A stretch of DNA of 64,000 nucleotides, from contig OZ316894.1 of the NCBI GenBank assembly GCA_973895155.1, positions 25,046,709-25,110,708 on the forward strand. Reading direction: 5' to 3'. How positions within the stretch are numbered: the first letter of the stretch is position 1; every line of letters begins with the position of its first letter. The position numbers and the translations under genes are program-made. Under the pieces are notes generated by a model, which was given only the letters and a program-made list of their open reading frames with translations, was not told the DNA's origin and ran no database searches. The stretch is from Marsupella aquatica (lineage: Eukaryota > Plantae > Marchantiophyta). Below, piece after piece: positions 12,661-26,400 of the stretch.

Positions 12661-15600
12661 ATGGCGGGCAAAGGAGTGTTCAAGGATCTCATGGATGGAG
12701 ATACGTTCAAGTACTACGCGGATGGCGAGTGGAAGAGGTCCACCTCAGGAGCCTCTGTGAATATCCTGAATCCTTCCACTCGCAAAGTGCAGTACAAGGT
12801 TCAAGGTTTGGCCTCCAATCCTCTTCCTCTTTGTCACTCTTGTTAACAATCTGATGTTGCGATCGTTATGATGGTCATGGTCTTCACCAGGGATAGGAAA
12901 ATTGACTCCCTGGCACTCAGTAGTTTTGGCTTCTCGCCATATTTTTCTCTATTACTTGCACTAACTTGTCTTGCTTTGTCGGAGAATATTTTACAATCAC
13001 CTAGACGTCCATTTTGTGTAGCGTCGGATTGATATTCTGTCTTCTGGCGCCATCTAGGCTTTGCGTTGGCAGCGTTTTCGCATTCTGTCGGTTGTTGCCC
13101 AATGTCTTGATCGCTCGATAGGCATGAGGATGTCTACAGAGTGTTCGTTAGAGCGTTTCTGTAGTAGGTGGGCGCATGTTTCCCTTTTGAATTTTACCGA
13201 GACGTTGCCGGTTGTTCAGCTTGCACACAGGAAGAGGTGAACAAAATGATGGACAGTGCGAAGGCTGCACAAAAGCTTTGGGCCAAGACTCCTCTGTGGA
13301 AGCGGGCCGAGGCACTACACCGAGCAGCGGCTATTTTGAAGGAGAACAAAGCTCCTATTGCGGAGAGTCTCGTCAAGGAGGTCGCCAAGCCCCAGAAGGA
13401 TGCTGTCACTGAGGTGAGAACGACGCAATCATACGTTTTGTATGATGAAATTCTGAATGGGAGAGGAGTGACGACTTTCAACGGGCTTGTGTCATGTGTG
13501 GTCTCGTAGTGGTGGTTCGAAATGACTGTCGGTTCTTATTGATGATCACAAGTGGACATGTTTTCGACTGGTTGGTTCGTTTTCTCATCTGTATGGTAAT
13601 TGTCTTCGTGAAGTTCAAGGAGACGGCTGGAATCGTGAAGGAGGTCGTATGGAACATGTCTTGTGAGTAGGTCAGCATTAGTCACAGTGCAGACAGACGT
13701 CTCTTCTCCTGGCAGTGTATCAAGTTGTCACTGATTTAACGAGTGGATTTGGTTACTCTGCAGGTGGTTCGCTCCGGTGATTTAATTTCCTATTGTGCGG
13801 AGGAGGGGATCAGGATCCTCGTTGAAGGGAAGTTTTTGGCTTCAGACAGTTTCCCTGGAAACGACCGCAACAAGCTCTGCATGTCCTCGAAGGTAAGTTT
13901 TCATCATCGATGCCGCCTGCGAAAGACAAATACTTCATGCAGGATTGACACTGAGCTGACAAATGGGTGTTTTATCAACTTGCTTTGCATGTGGCCCTTG
14001 GAAAGCAAGTGAACGATGCGGATGCACGTTGCAACGAATTGAGTCGTAAACTGATTTGCATTGTGTTTGTGGCTTATCAGATTCCTCTGGGAGTGGTTCT
14101 AGCCATTCCTCCCTTCAATTACCCAGTGAATCTTGCCGTCTCCAAAATTGCACCTGCCATAATCGCTGGTAATGCATTGGTGCTGAAGCCTCCCACTCAG
14201 GTAACATCCTCGCCAGAATCGCCTGTAATCTTTCCTCGTCTGATGTTCCATGGGGTTGACATAGTCGTGCACCCTCCCCTCCGTATGTCGGATCAATCAT
14301 GACTAGGTAATTTGGGACTTACTGGCCAGCCCATAAGTCGTTTGCACGATGGTTGCAAGGCCTGGCCTGGTCGCGTCGTTTGTATTCATGACGGAGTACT
14401 CGTTCATATGGAAATGAGTATTTGGTGACTCATTTATGGTAATCGAGGCGTCGGTTCTTAATTGTTGCCATGTTGACATTTTGCTGACTGGCGTTTATGC
14501 TGTGGTGGGCTTTCTCAGGGTGCCGTCTCCTGCCTACACATGGTGCATTGCTTTCACTTGGCCGGCTTTCCTAAGGGATTGATAAGCGCAATTACCGGCA
14601 AAGGTTCTGAAATTGGGGACTTCCTCACCATGCATCCCAGCGTTAACTGCATCAGGTACTGGTTCGCGGTAGTCCAGCCCTAGCTTGTTTGGTTGTGGAT
14701 TTTATGATGTTTTGACGGGTCTGATTCTTTTAGTTGATTGAATTTAAGTTGAGCAATAGTTTCTCTGAAAGATGCGAGATGTGAATGCCGACAGTGAGTA
14801 TCGGAATTTTTTGAGCTCTAGAAGTCGCCTCTTACGGGCGTTCATGGCTGCTGCTAATGAACACGAAATCACCTTTCCGGGGGAGGAAATTGTCGCCATT
14901 GAATTGATCTGACGTGACAGTGAGTAATTTGAAAAAAAACACACTCCGCACTTGTGGTCTCAACGTTACAAAACTCCTTGCGTCAGTTTCACTGAACTGA
15001 TATCGTGTAAATCTTTAATCTGGTCGAACTTGATACGACCTGCTACATCCCCTCGTTGATGACTTTGCGCTGGTTTTGGGACATTCTTGTAAGACTGCAA
15101 GCCCTGAAGTCTCTCTGGACGTAAGAGTTAAGAGTGATTCTCACTTGTATTGTTTGCCACGCAGTTTCACCGGTGGAGACACGGGTATCGCAATCGCTAG
15201 GAAGGCAAGCATGATCCCGATGCAAATGGAGCTCGGTGGGAAAGATGCATGCATTGTCCTCGATGACGCTGATCTAGACCTTGCTGCAACCAATATTGTG
15301 AAGGGTGGCTTCTCATACAGGTTGGTTCCCACTAAAATCAACCTTGTAATTGTGTTTCTAAAAGCAACCGTTTCTGAATTAGTTTCTGAATCTGCAGTGG
15401 GCAACGAACCGTTTCTAAATCAATCTGCAGTGGGCAATGAACCTTGTAATTGTGTTTCTAAAAGCCCATGGAATTAAACTTGGGTTTGACTGGTAGTAGG
15501 GATTGGATGATCACTAACCGTTTCTGAATCTGCAGTGGGCAACGATGCACAGCCGTGAAGGTGGTCTTGGCCTTTGAGGCTATTGCCGATGCACTGGTAG

Positions 15601-16819
15601 CGAAGGTGAATGCCAAGGTGTCTAAGCTCACAGTGGGACCTCCCGAAGAAGATTGTGACATCACTCCAGTGATCAGCGAATCCTCTGCAAACTTCATAGA
15701 AGGGCTCGTAAGAGATGCCAAGGAGAAAGGCGCCAAGTTCCATCAGGTGTGTGTTTGCACCTGACCTAGAATCTCATGTTACTTTGTAAAATTATTTCGT
15801 TGTCCTTGAGAATTTTATTTTTGGTTTCAGTTCAAATCGTATGGGGGAGTGGAAGGTTTCTTTTATGTGTTCGTTGGTCCGTGTTTTGTTTTTTCAACCT
15901 GAATGCAGTCACTCATTTTACTCGATTCTCCTGATGGTTGTAGGAGTGGAAGAGAGACGGGAACTTGATCTGGCCCGTCCTGGTTGACCACGTCAGACCA
16001 GACATGCGAATTGCATGGGAGGAGCCTTTCGGCCCTGTCTTGCCTGTCATCCGTATCAAGTCCGTCGAGGAGGGCATCCACCACTGCAATGCCAATAACT
16101 TTGCCCTTCAAGTAAGCAAACCGTGCCCAAGTTGCTTTCTCATAGCAGTTACAAGAGTTCCACATCTCCTCTGTCATAGCTCTGTACTCCAGTTGGTTCT
16201 CTACGTTTTGCCGAGTAACAGGGGAGCTGTATTGATGGTCCTCTGGCATGGCTCAGTATGAGTATCTCATCATTTGAATTCTGGTCCTAGGCACGACACA
16301 CATTCAAAATGGCTCGGCTGCACTCTTTGTGATGCTTGAGTTTACATTTTCCACCAGATACGGCCCGCTTTAACTTTCTGTAATGGATACTGCCATTGGT
16401 TGTACTGCTTGTATTCACCCTGTACATTCGCTTTGCAGGGTTGTGTCTTCACCAAAGATATCAACAAAGCCATTATGATTGCCGATGCGATGGAGACTGG
16501 AACCGTGCAAATCAACTCAGCTCCCGCCCGCGGCCCTGATCACTTCCCATTCCAGGTACAGAACTTAGTTCACCCTTTGTCATATCCATACGTATTGACA
16601 CCTTTCCTGAACATGATTGGAGAGTGCCTATTCAGTTCTACTCGAAACATGTACGATTTATGCTGACAGTACTTCGTATTTATTTGCTTCTTTTGTGTAT
16701 GTCAGGGTTTGCGTGACAGCGGAATTGGCTCTCAAGGAATCACCAACAGCATTTATATGATGACCAAGACCAAGAGCACCGTAATTAACTTGCCTGGACC
16801 ATCTTACACAATGGGGTAG
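12661..16819 (+). CDS. GAPN: NADP-dependent non-phosphorylating glyceraldehyde-3-phosphate dehydrogenase (ALDH11), 10 exons
   Basis: Exons approx 12661-12806, 13220-13413, 13764-13892, 14081-14200, 14519-14655, 15164-15320, 15536-15746, 15944-16110, 16439-16555, 16706-16819. Motifs [52 protein letters not shown]; C-terminus PSYTMG*. Confidence 0.96.
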
Positions 16820-17746
16820 ATGGAGGGGATAGTTACTTTAATCTAGTACATGTAGCGGGTAACACAGGGAGTTTTCAATTCAGTCAGCCTAGCCAGCCGT
16901 GGCCTTTCTTCGTCCACCGGAATTTAGATATTCTGCATGGGCTTGCTTGCCCGGCAGGTTGAAGCTTTGTCAAAGTTTCCTTTCTTACTATTCAAAATTG
17001 GTAACTTTGTAATTCATGAGCAGCACTCCTCTAGGCAAGGAGCTACCAATCGTACCATTACAGTTCTATCTTTAGGTCCCGAGTTGAGTTAGAAAATGAT
17101 CCTGTGGACGATCAAGCATAGTGTGCGTGGGCACCAATTCAGCTGCTGTCCACAGGATCAGAGGGAAGGAAATGCGCGGGGAAAGGAAACGGGAGGCAGG
17201 CAAGTACACTACGTGGTTGAAGACGTTGTCGCTGCAGGAAAAATAACTACAGGATCTCGTGTGCTACCATTTGTATACACGGATTTCGTGTGAAGCTTTT
17301 GAGCTGTCGCTGGCAAATGCATAGTTAGTTTGGATGGTCTTACTGGTGTCACTATGACAAATGATTGGTCTCCCACTCGTAACACGCATTGGTACAATGT
17401 TGGCATCCCAGTGGAACCCCAGATAATGGTGTCTGTTTTCCATAATTCCAATCTAGTGGACCAAGTTTTTGTGGGTTGATGAAAGTCCTAATTCATTCTG
17501 ATGTAATTATGCTCGCGGATGTGGATTAAGTGCAAGGGCTTTTCAATCATAATTCTTCGCAAGAGCTGCAGCCTGCTGCCGTAGCTGAGCAGAGTGACTG
17601 TACGGTTCGTAAGGGAAAGCTGAGTAATAGTTGCACTTCCCATGGATGATCATTGTCCTGTCGAGTACCACTTGCACGTACTCTGTGCATAGCATACCTT
17701 TTCATCGTGTACTCTGTTCGATTTAGTGGGTTCGATTATATTGTAG

Positions 17747-18379
17747 GACAAGTCAGCGGAGCCGAATGATGAGGATGAACCCGAGGTGCACGTGTCCTAC
17801 GAGTGTCTCCCACTGTTTCCGTTCGTGCCCCGCGAAGCGAAGGGGATCATGGATCTCATGGGTGATAAGCCGTGGGTGAGAAAGAAGACTGCGGGACAGG
17901 CAGGGAATTCCAGAAGTGCTGCTGCATCAGTGCCATTGTGGGTAACGAACAAGACGAGACTCGCGGCCGATGGATATGATGCAGCAGCGGGCACCACCAC
18001 CTCCACTAATTCAAGGCAGGCTCTCTCCCGTACTGTCGATTCTCTCCTCAGAACCCCACGGCGGAAGAGCAGTTTCCACTCTCCTCCTATCAAGAGGAGA
18101 AGTGCTATTCCTCATTTGAAGACGAAGAGGGCATTGCCTGGCGACGGTGACCACGATTTGTGGCAGCTGCTGGACAGCATGGACAAAAGCGTGGGGAAGC
18201 TTTTTCCCCAGTTTGCTCCTCCCCCAGTGGAGGCTGCTCGTTCCTCGTTTTCGTTGAACAAGATGGCCGTTCCTCAGAGAGGGGGCAGCAACAGCAGTGG
18301 CACCAGCCTGCGGGAGGTGAGTGTGAATCGCAGATTCAACCCGCATGTGTTCCAGTCCTACCTTCCTGGAGATCTGTAG
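17747..18379 (+). CDS. Uncharacterised Ser/Pro/Arg-rich protein (possibly the terminal exon of a spliced gene)
   Basis: ~200 open codons, GC-rich, preceded by an acceptor-like attgtag; no recognisable domain. Confidence 0.45.
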   Translation, partial: DKSAEPNDEDEPEVHVSYECLPLFPFVPREAKGIMDLMGDKPWVRKKTAGQAGNSRSAAASVPLWVTNKTRLAADGYDAAAGTTTSTNSRQALSRTVDSLLRTPRRKSSFHSPPIKRRSAIPHLKTKRALPGDGDHDLWQLLDSMDKSVGKLFPQFAPPPVEAARSSFSLNKMAVPQRGGSNSSGTSLREVSVNRRFNPHVFQSYLPGDL

Positions 18380-18679
18380 TTTGACTGTGAAAGATCGGTC
18401 GTTCCCCAAACTTTCTACACATTGTTATCCAGATAAAATCTGTATCAACATGACATGTTGATTGTCCCTGGCAAGGCATTCTTGGGAAATAGTAAGCCTT
18501 CTTGTTGAAAATTTCTCAAGAGGATTTTTGAGGAAGTAATAGGGAAGGACAATTATTATAAAGCAGATATTAACACAAGACTTATCCACGAAATTGAACG
18601 ATGCGCATGAACGGACGCTGGGGAGGCAATGATCTGAGGTCGCTTATTGTCGTGCGCAGTCTTTGTGTTTTCCAATCTT

Positions 18680-19262
18680 CAAATCTATACCGGGGAAGTG
18701 CTGTCCCCGGTGATTGGAATTACTCTGTCAAGGGGGTGTTCCCCAAATCTAATCCGGGGAAGGGCTCTCGCCGTCATTGGAATTATTCTGTCAAGACGGT
18801 GTTCTGGCTTATAATCTCACTATCCGGTGAGTGCAATCATGTTATCAGGAGGGTATTCTAGCTTAGTACTCTGTCAAAGAGTGGTTTCTGGCTTACGATC
18901 GCCCTCAATTGGGCACTCTGGCTAAACGCGCTCTCCGGTGAGTGGAATTATTTGGGAAGTGGGCGTCCTGGCTTGCGCCAGGTGATTCTAATTCAGATCA
19001 CTCCAAAGTGACTAGTGTGGTGCTTGGGGCTGATTCTAAGTCGAAACATTCTGTTACCCGCTCTCCGGTGAGTGGAATGAATTAGTAAAGGGAACGTTCT
19101 GACTTGCTCCAGGTGATCCTCATTCAGATCATCCCGAGTGACTTGGGTGGTCCTTGGGGCTGATTCTAAGTCAAAACATTCTGGCTTGTTTACTCTCTCT
19201 CCGGTGAGTGGAATGACTTAGTTAACGGGACGTTCGGGCTTGCTCCAGGTGATTCTAATTCA
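18680..19262. repeat. Degenerate tandem repeat, ~130-137-bp period
   Basis: ctccggtgagtggaat near 18932, 19062 and 19199; ccaggtgat(t/c)ct(a/c)attca near 18978, 19108 and 19245; looser ~60-bp units upstream. Confidence 0.8.
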
Positions 19263-20400
19263 AAACACCCAATGTAACGCCTGTAACAACTAGGTTTGAC
19301 ATGCTCTGGGTATACGAGCACTCTAACCCTTCCTCCAGCTTCCAACCCTGCCCTGTCGCATCAGCACGCCTTCGTAGTACCTCAACCCAACCTTCGCCTA
19401 CAAATCCTGTGCAGGCCTGGACCAGCCTCACCTACCTTTTCCACCATAGGAATCCCTTCATTGGATCGAAGTGTGCAAGGCGGGAGCAAAACCCTGTCGT
19501 GTCACGTCTGTGTGGTAGTTTGCCGCATACCAAGTACTTGCATTCACTTTCACAAGGGTGAAAATTTACGAACGGCATCACAAGTTAGAAATCTTACTCG
19601 GCCTTCACCCCCAGGTTCAGTATACAATGTAGCTAACACCCTGAGGTATCCAAGGTGCAATACATCATTCTACTACTTCCTGACTTCCTTCCATAACTCG
19701 TGAAGATTTTCTCCAATCCATCAAAAGTATTTCTGAAGAGGAGAATTGCTGCGCTCCAATCCGACACCATCCATTGGCTAAAGAACAGTGTTACTGTTTT
19801 AGGGTTCTTACCACAGCCATCATAAGTTAAATGCCGTAAACAGCATGTAAAATCTGCGACCCGTCATCTCGTGAAGGTGAAAATATTCATACTAGTAAAT
19901 CTACAAGCTATGCTCCATCTCAAATGTTGAACTTTAAGCATCGGGAAGTGACATTACAGCCTGTCCGAAAACTCCACTGTTTTCGGGAAAGGTCGTGGGT
20001 GAGTCTCTTCAGGATTTCCATGAAATTCTATCTTCAAAACAATCAGCTTTTCCCATAAATGTGTGGACCTGAAAACCAATCAAAACTATTTTTCCTGGAT
20101 CTTAACCATAGCAATTACTCATCTTTACTAATTTCTTTACAGAAGACCATCACCGATCTGTGACCGTTTACTCCACAGATACGTCATTTATGGTCACAGG
20201 CTCCACAGAAGTATCTCGAACTTTCTGAAGCAAATACTCTCTACAGGCCTTGCCCATAAATAACTCGATCCGAGCTACTCCTACAAAATTTGATGCTGAG
20301 CAGAATTACTGACCCACGAATCTCCCCTCTTGTCCTTGTGTTTGATTCGAGTGCATATTCTGGTCACCAGTTCATTGCCCTAGAAATAAGGCGACTTCTA

Positions 20401-23400
20401 CTAGCGTCGCTTATACCTGTTCAATACAAGATAGGTTATTAGAGAACAGCATACTATCCGTGCAAAAACTGGAAAATTTGTCATACAACCTGCAACTAGC
20501 TCCTTTTACAATGGGGAGAAAGGCCATACCTAGTTTTACTCTTGAATGCATGTTTAGAAACTCCTGGCTTCCGTTTCGGCTTCCCTCCTCCAAAGCCTGG
20601 TTTCTTTCGCTTGCCAGCACTCATATCTTTCTCAAAAAGCTCTTCCATGTCCTCTTTTCGCTTAGGTGCAGCTTTCTTCTTCTTATCAGTTTCCTTTCTC
20701 TTTGGTGGCAACTTGCCAGCTTCCCGAGCTCGCTCTGCACCTTTGGCAGCTTTGGCCCTTCGATAGGCAATGTCAACTACAGATCTAGTTACCTTTCTGT
20801 CGTTTTTACCATTGGACTTCGTCTGCAATAGTGTTGTCACTTGTCAGGTTCTCACAATCAACAGCTCTGATTTAAGAGATTTGGACAGAGATCATATGTG
20901 CGCCACTAACAACGGGATGAAAGGATGACAGTGAGAGACAGTAACTGAGAGTAAAATACTAGTCAAACTGCGAGGTTAGCTTTTGGTACAGAGCATGAGG
21001 GGAAATATTGACAAACTACCTCATCTGTCGGCTCATCGTCATCATCATGGTCGTCTTCTGCCTCTTCTCGCTCAGCCTCTAGCCGTCTACGTTGTTTTCT
21101 TGGCAAATTTTTCTGACCCAAAAAAACCCAATATTAATGAACAAATACCGGACGACACTCCGAACATAGCAATTCAAGTTTTCTCACTATTTGATAACAA
21201 GGTTAACAAAATTATCTGCAAACACAGGATTTACACCGTTCTCAAAATTTTGGTGCATACCTCTCTCTCCCGCTTTCGTTTCTCCTTCTTTTTTAGCTCC
21301 TCTGCTTCTTCTATACTTAAAACCTTCTTCACAGTCTCCTTGTCCTTCCTCCCGAATTTTGCATCCTGAACCAGTCCCGAAACAAGATCAGTTTACAAGA
21401 CCAAATGCTTTTTGATAACGGATGGAGCACTCCGTCTTCTGACTGCTCTTCTTCTGACAGACGTCCAAAATTCAAGCTCCCGAAGAACCAACTCAATGCA
21501 TAGGAGTAGATAGCGACTCCATACCGTTGCTGCTTTTGTGGCCATCTTCTTCTCTTTCTCAGATTGAAACCATATTCTTTTTGGACGAGAATATATTTCA
21601 TCCTCATGTTCCATCAAATTTTGCGCCTGCAATACAATTCACAGAGAATTGCAACTGTCGATTATAATTCTGATCATCTGAAATATTATGTTACCAATTT
21701 AGACACAAGCAGTGATTACTTATCATGTCGCGAGAAGCCGTTTAAACACTTCTTGAATGAGGAAGGCCGTTTGAGCGGGAAAGGGAAGACCAGGTAAATA
21801 ATCAAGGAGGTGACAATAAGTTCGTTCTCTTTTCAAAACTGTGTTACCATCTCTATCTAGGGATCATACTGGAAAGCGGAACACAAACAACAGTACACAC
21901 CTTGTTCGCTTCCATCTCGGCTTTCCGAAGCATTCTTTCATCCCTGCACAAACCAAGCCACTAATTCATTAAAGAGACGCCTACATTCAAGGTCCGTTCT
22001 TCTTACAAACAGTTCTCAAACGATTATGAGGTGCTCCCTTGGAAAATGAAAAGACTGAGTAGTCATGAGCAACATGCTGAAGATCTAATAGTGGAAAAAG
22101 ATCGCAAACCTCTCCTCCTGCATTATGGTCTTGATATCACCCTCCATCTCCTCTATCTTTTGGCGATACTTTTCAATGGCTGTCTTAGCGACAATCCTGT
22201 TTTTCAACTTTTGACCACCTCTCTTAGCCTGTCATAGAAGTAATACAAGAATGTAATCAATGCCTATATCAAATTGAATTCAGTCAAAGAATCATTATAA
22301 ATTTTCTGCAGCAGCTCTTCTGCCCGCGAATCTTGTGAGCTTCCCTAAAAATATTTCTTATAACGTTATTGCAACCCTAGAAAGAAGGAAACCTATACCA
22401 TGGCCTTCAGGAGTGCACGATCTTTCTCTGCAAGGAAAGTGACAGCACAACCTTGCTGCCCAGCCCTGGCAGTCCGTCCCACTCTATGCACATAACTGCA
22501 CCCACTCCATGAGATTGTAGTTACGCATGGAACACTCGTTCAATGGTTGAGAATCTACTTTACGAATCCAGAATTTGCCTTTCCATTTGCCAAATTTTAC
22601 TGCACACCAGGTGTGACGTTCAAGCTCAGCAAAACCCCCTGAAATCATTTTCAGGACATCCATCACCACTATCTGAGAAGCTCAGCATTCTCTTCAAATC
22701 CTTAATTTTTTTACCTTAGTTATTTAGAGACAGATTGCAGACCAGTGATAGACTGCCAGAGTTACGAGCTTTCAACTACTAAAAGGACGACTCTAGTCTC
22801 CAAACCATTAAACCAGCAACAAGTTTTTCAGTGGGGAAGAAAAGTATCATTTTACTGGGGAGATATTTTAGAGCATGCATGTTCCTCGCTGGCCCAGCTT
22901 GAAAACTCGCCATCAACAATTATGACTTACGTGGTGATATTGGTTGGACACTCATAATTAATAACTGTCTCAACACCGACAATATCCAATCCCTGCAAGG
23001 CAAGAACGATACAATCAGTTGATACTTGTAACCTTTAAAAATGGGCTGCCCAAATCCACGCCAACAAGTGAACAAGCAAGATTTTGCAAACACAGAGTCG
23101 AGCCCCCATTTATGTAGATTTATGAAGCGAACCTGGCACAGTCAGTGACATCCCAACAGTAGGCATACTCAGTGACTTCCCAACAGTAGGCGCTTGCGTA
23201 TTTCCGGCAAACATTCGCAGGCTCTACGATTACTGTAAGAAACTGAAAGTAAAATACATGTAAGCATAAAGTTGTCACTCACTCTAGCCGCAACATCAGT
23301 TGCCAGAAGAAAGTCTGCCTCTTGCTTTCTGAAGACTTCCAATGCCTGTTTTCATTCCGCATGGATAAGGATCAACATCATGATCCAGTACAGAGGCAGT

Positions 23401-26400
23401 AGCTATGCGAACCAAGTTTGAAACGTTTTGTCGCTTGACGGGTATGAGACCGGGCATTTTAATCTTTACTTCGGAGAGTGAAGCTCATAAGACCCAATAA
23501 TTACATGACGTCTCTGCTTAACTGAAAAGCTGCTAGTTTCAAAATCACAATTTTCTTTCTATCGATTATGAATTGATACCAACGATCAAAGCGAAAAGAC
23601 GTCTGATTGACCTTTCTTGAAGATTTCCAAGCATCTTAGACAGGTGACTAAATTTTCCTATGGAATTTGTGGTCTTCGAATCACCATCCTATAACTAAGG
23701 AACCCTTTGAAGTTTAGGTCAGCAATGAGGAAACAGACATTAGCAATCGCGGACAAGTTTTCATCCATAATGTCACATGTCCGAGTCTGAGAGGTTGCTT
23801 ATACGAGTACATATAACTGAGAAACGGCGTATGAAACTTACATCCAGCCGCATAGCTTGGGTAAGGTTACCATGAAGCTCAGCAGCTTTCAGACCCAGAA
23901 GTCCAAACATTATTTTCAGGCGGTGAGCTTCGGCTTTTGTTCCACTGCGTTCAGAAAGAGATAGTTGCCACACTTGAAGGTAAGTACCTGACGCAAGAAA
24001 CAGGCTTGTTTCCTGATTTTGTAGCTTACACCTTCAAGTTAGAATGACGAAGGATTTTCCCTCTCGTCGGATTTTTTGCATTGCAATAGAAGCTTGTTTT
24101 CGTGTTTCTAGGTAGGTATATTAGAGAATCACCTACGTGAACATAAGATGTTTTTTCAGCAAGTATTAACGCACATACCTGAACACGATGACCTTAGATG
24201 TAAACGAGCGGGTACAGAGAGCAAGGAGTATTGCTTCCCTGTCTGCTTCCATGCTAGGGCGTATCTTGATGACCCTGCAACATGAACAACAAAATAAAAG
24301 GAGAAAGTGAGCCACGAAAAATTATAACTCATATGAAACATGGCACATTTATAACAACCAAGGTGACAGTCAAGATGCTATGTATTACGAAACCCTTTGT
24401 CATTTCCAATCTAGACATTAGCTTAACACCAATTCCAGATTACATCTACAAGGCAGATTTCATACTGTTCACTACATAGATGGAAGGTCCGAAGAGTTAA
24501 TAAACAGCAATCCTGAATAGTAGCTGAGAAGTCAAAGGTAGGCTTCATTACTCTTCGGTGAGGGTGGAAGGGCGTTGAGTCTTTGGATCAGCAGACAGGC
24601 GCACTGGCTTATTTAAAGACAGTTTTATAAGCTCGTCCACCTCCTCTGTCATTGTCGCTGAGAAGAGCATGGTCTGTCTTCGTCTGGGGCACATTCGGAC
24701 CTTAATTACAAGTGACAAATATTCAAATTCTGCTCATGTCATATTCCACAGTAAAGCAGCCTTTTGATCTCAGATTTGTTTTAAACCATAAAGAGTGATA
24801 CTACGATGCCAATGAACAGGGCCTACTCTATGGAAACAGATCAATATCTCTACTGAGACAAGGCAATAAGCTGACAGCTTGTGCTTATCAAACGAGGCCC
24901 ACGAAGGCAATGGCAATTCGAGCTGAAGGCACAATACATTCGCTGATGAGAAGATCATTTCCACACCAGATATCCCATTATAATTCAATGGAGGATTACA
25001 TCTATGATAATGATGCCTTCTCAGTCCGATGAGGGAAGAATGAGAGCTCACCAGCTCATGTACTTCTCTTGTGAAACCGAGCTCCAACAGACGGTCAGCT
25101 TCGTCCAAAACGAGAACGGATAACTCTTCCAGCCCGACTGAGTGTGCATTGTGAAGATGATCGATCATCCGACCAGGGGTCGCCACCACAATGTCTGGTC
25201 GGGACCGGAGTGATGCCTCTTGAATCTGCCCATAATAAACTGAGCATCAGGTCTGACAAGATTTTGAAATGCATGATATTGCCATTATGCCATCAAATCC
25301 TCACTGAACCTTATTAGGCAGGGATCATGATCCTCTTAATTTCAAGTCAACTAATTACACATAGGACTACAAGAGTGTGGGGATGCCACAAGTGCTCATA
25401 ATCTGACGTAAACCAAGTTCATAAAACGTCTCAAAAAAACTTTTCATTACCTTACTGGAAAGGCCTCCCACGACTAGGCAGGATCGAATGTCAGTGAACT
25501 GTGCTAGTTTCTCCAGCATACTGTGGACTCTGCAGTAGAATACAGATAAATTTCATTTCTACTCTGGGTGGAACAAATCCAAATGTGCAGAGATAAGAAG
25601 AGCTTCCCCTCAGTCGTAATCTAGTATAGAGCGTCTCACGAGATGACAAGTGGGACTCTGAGACTCGTCCTAAGTCAAACTCGGAGATGGACACGTAGGT
25701 GGCATTAGGCCTACGATTCTGCACTTCAAAGCTGGCCTAACTCACACATACTACCACAAATTGTGAAGGAATATCTTACTGGACTGCAAGCTCGCGAGTT
25801 GGTGTGAGTATTAGAACGCGAATTGCTGGAATCCTTCTTGGTCGATATAGTAACCTCTCAAGTACTGGCAATCCGAAAGCTGCCGTCTGTCAAAACATCG
25901 AGGCGACCCTTTGTCAGGAAGAATTGAACCCAGGTTGTAAGCACCCGTAACAATTACTCTTCATGTTATACATTGCTTGAAAGCGCATAGAACACCGGTT
26001 CAAGAAGGAAAGCCCCGTTTCTGCTTCTCAAACTGGGGGTTTCGCTTCCTCACATCAGAGATATCTTCCATAAACTATAACCCGGGATGCATCCACTATA
26101 GTCTGCAGCCATTCCATACACACCTCAAATAACATACGATCACCAATTTCCTCAGCAGGGCCCTTGGAAGTATCCGTGACAGTTTGCAATCATTCAAGCA
26201 TTTCAACAACGAATTTCCATGGCAGACCCTTCCGTACATGAAAAGTCTAGATCTTTACTTGCATTCCTCAAAACGCACGGAGCACATCACATCCAACAGC
26301 GAAAACACTGCTGCCTCAATAGATTAACTACCAAAGGACAGTCACTGACAAAGAAAAGTAATAACCCAAGCAGCTTACTTTCCCGGAACCAGTGACCGCA

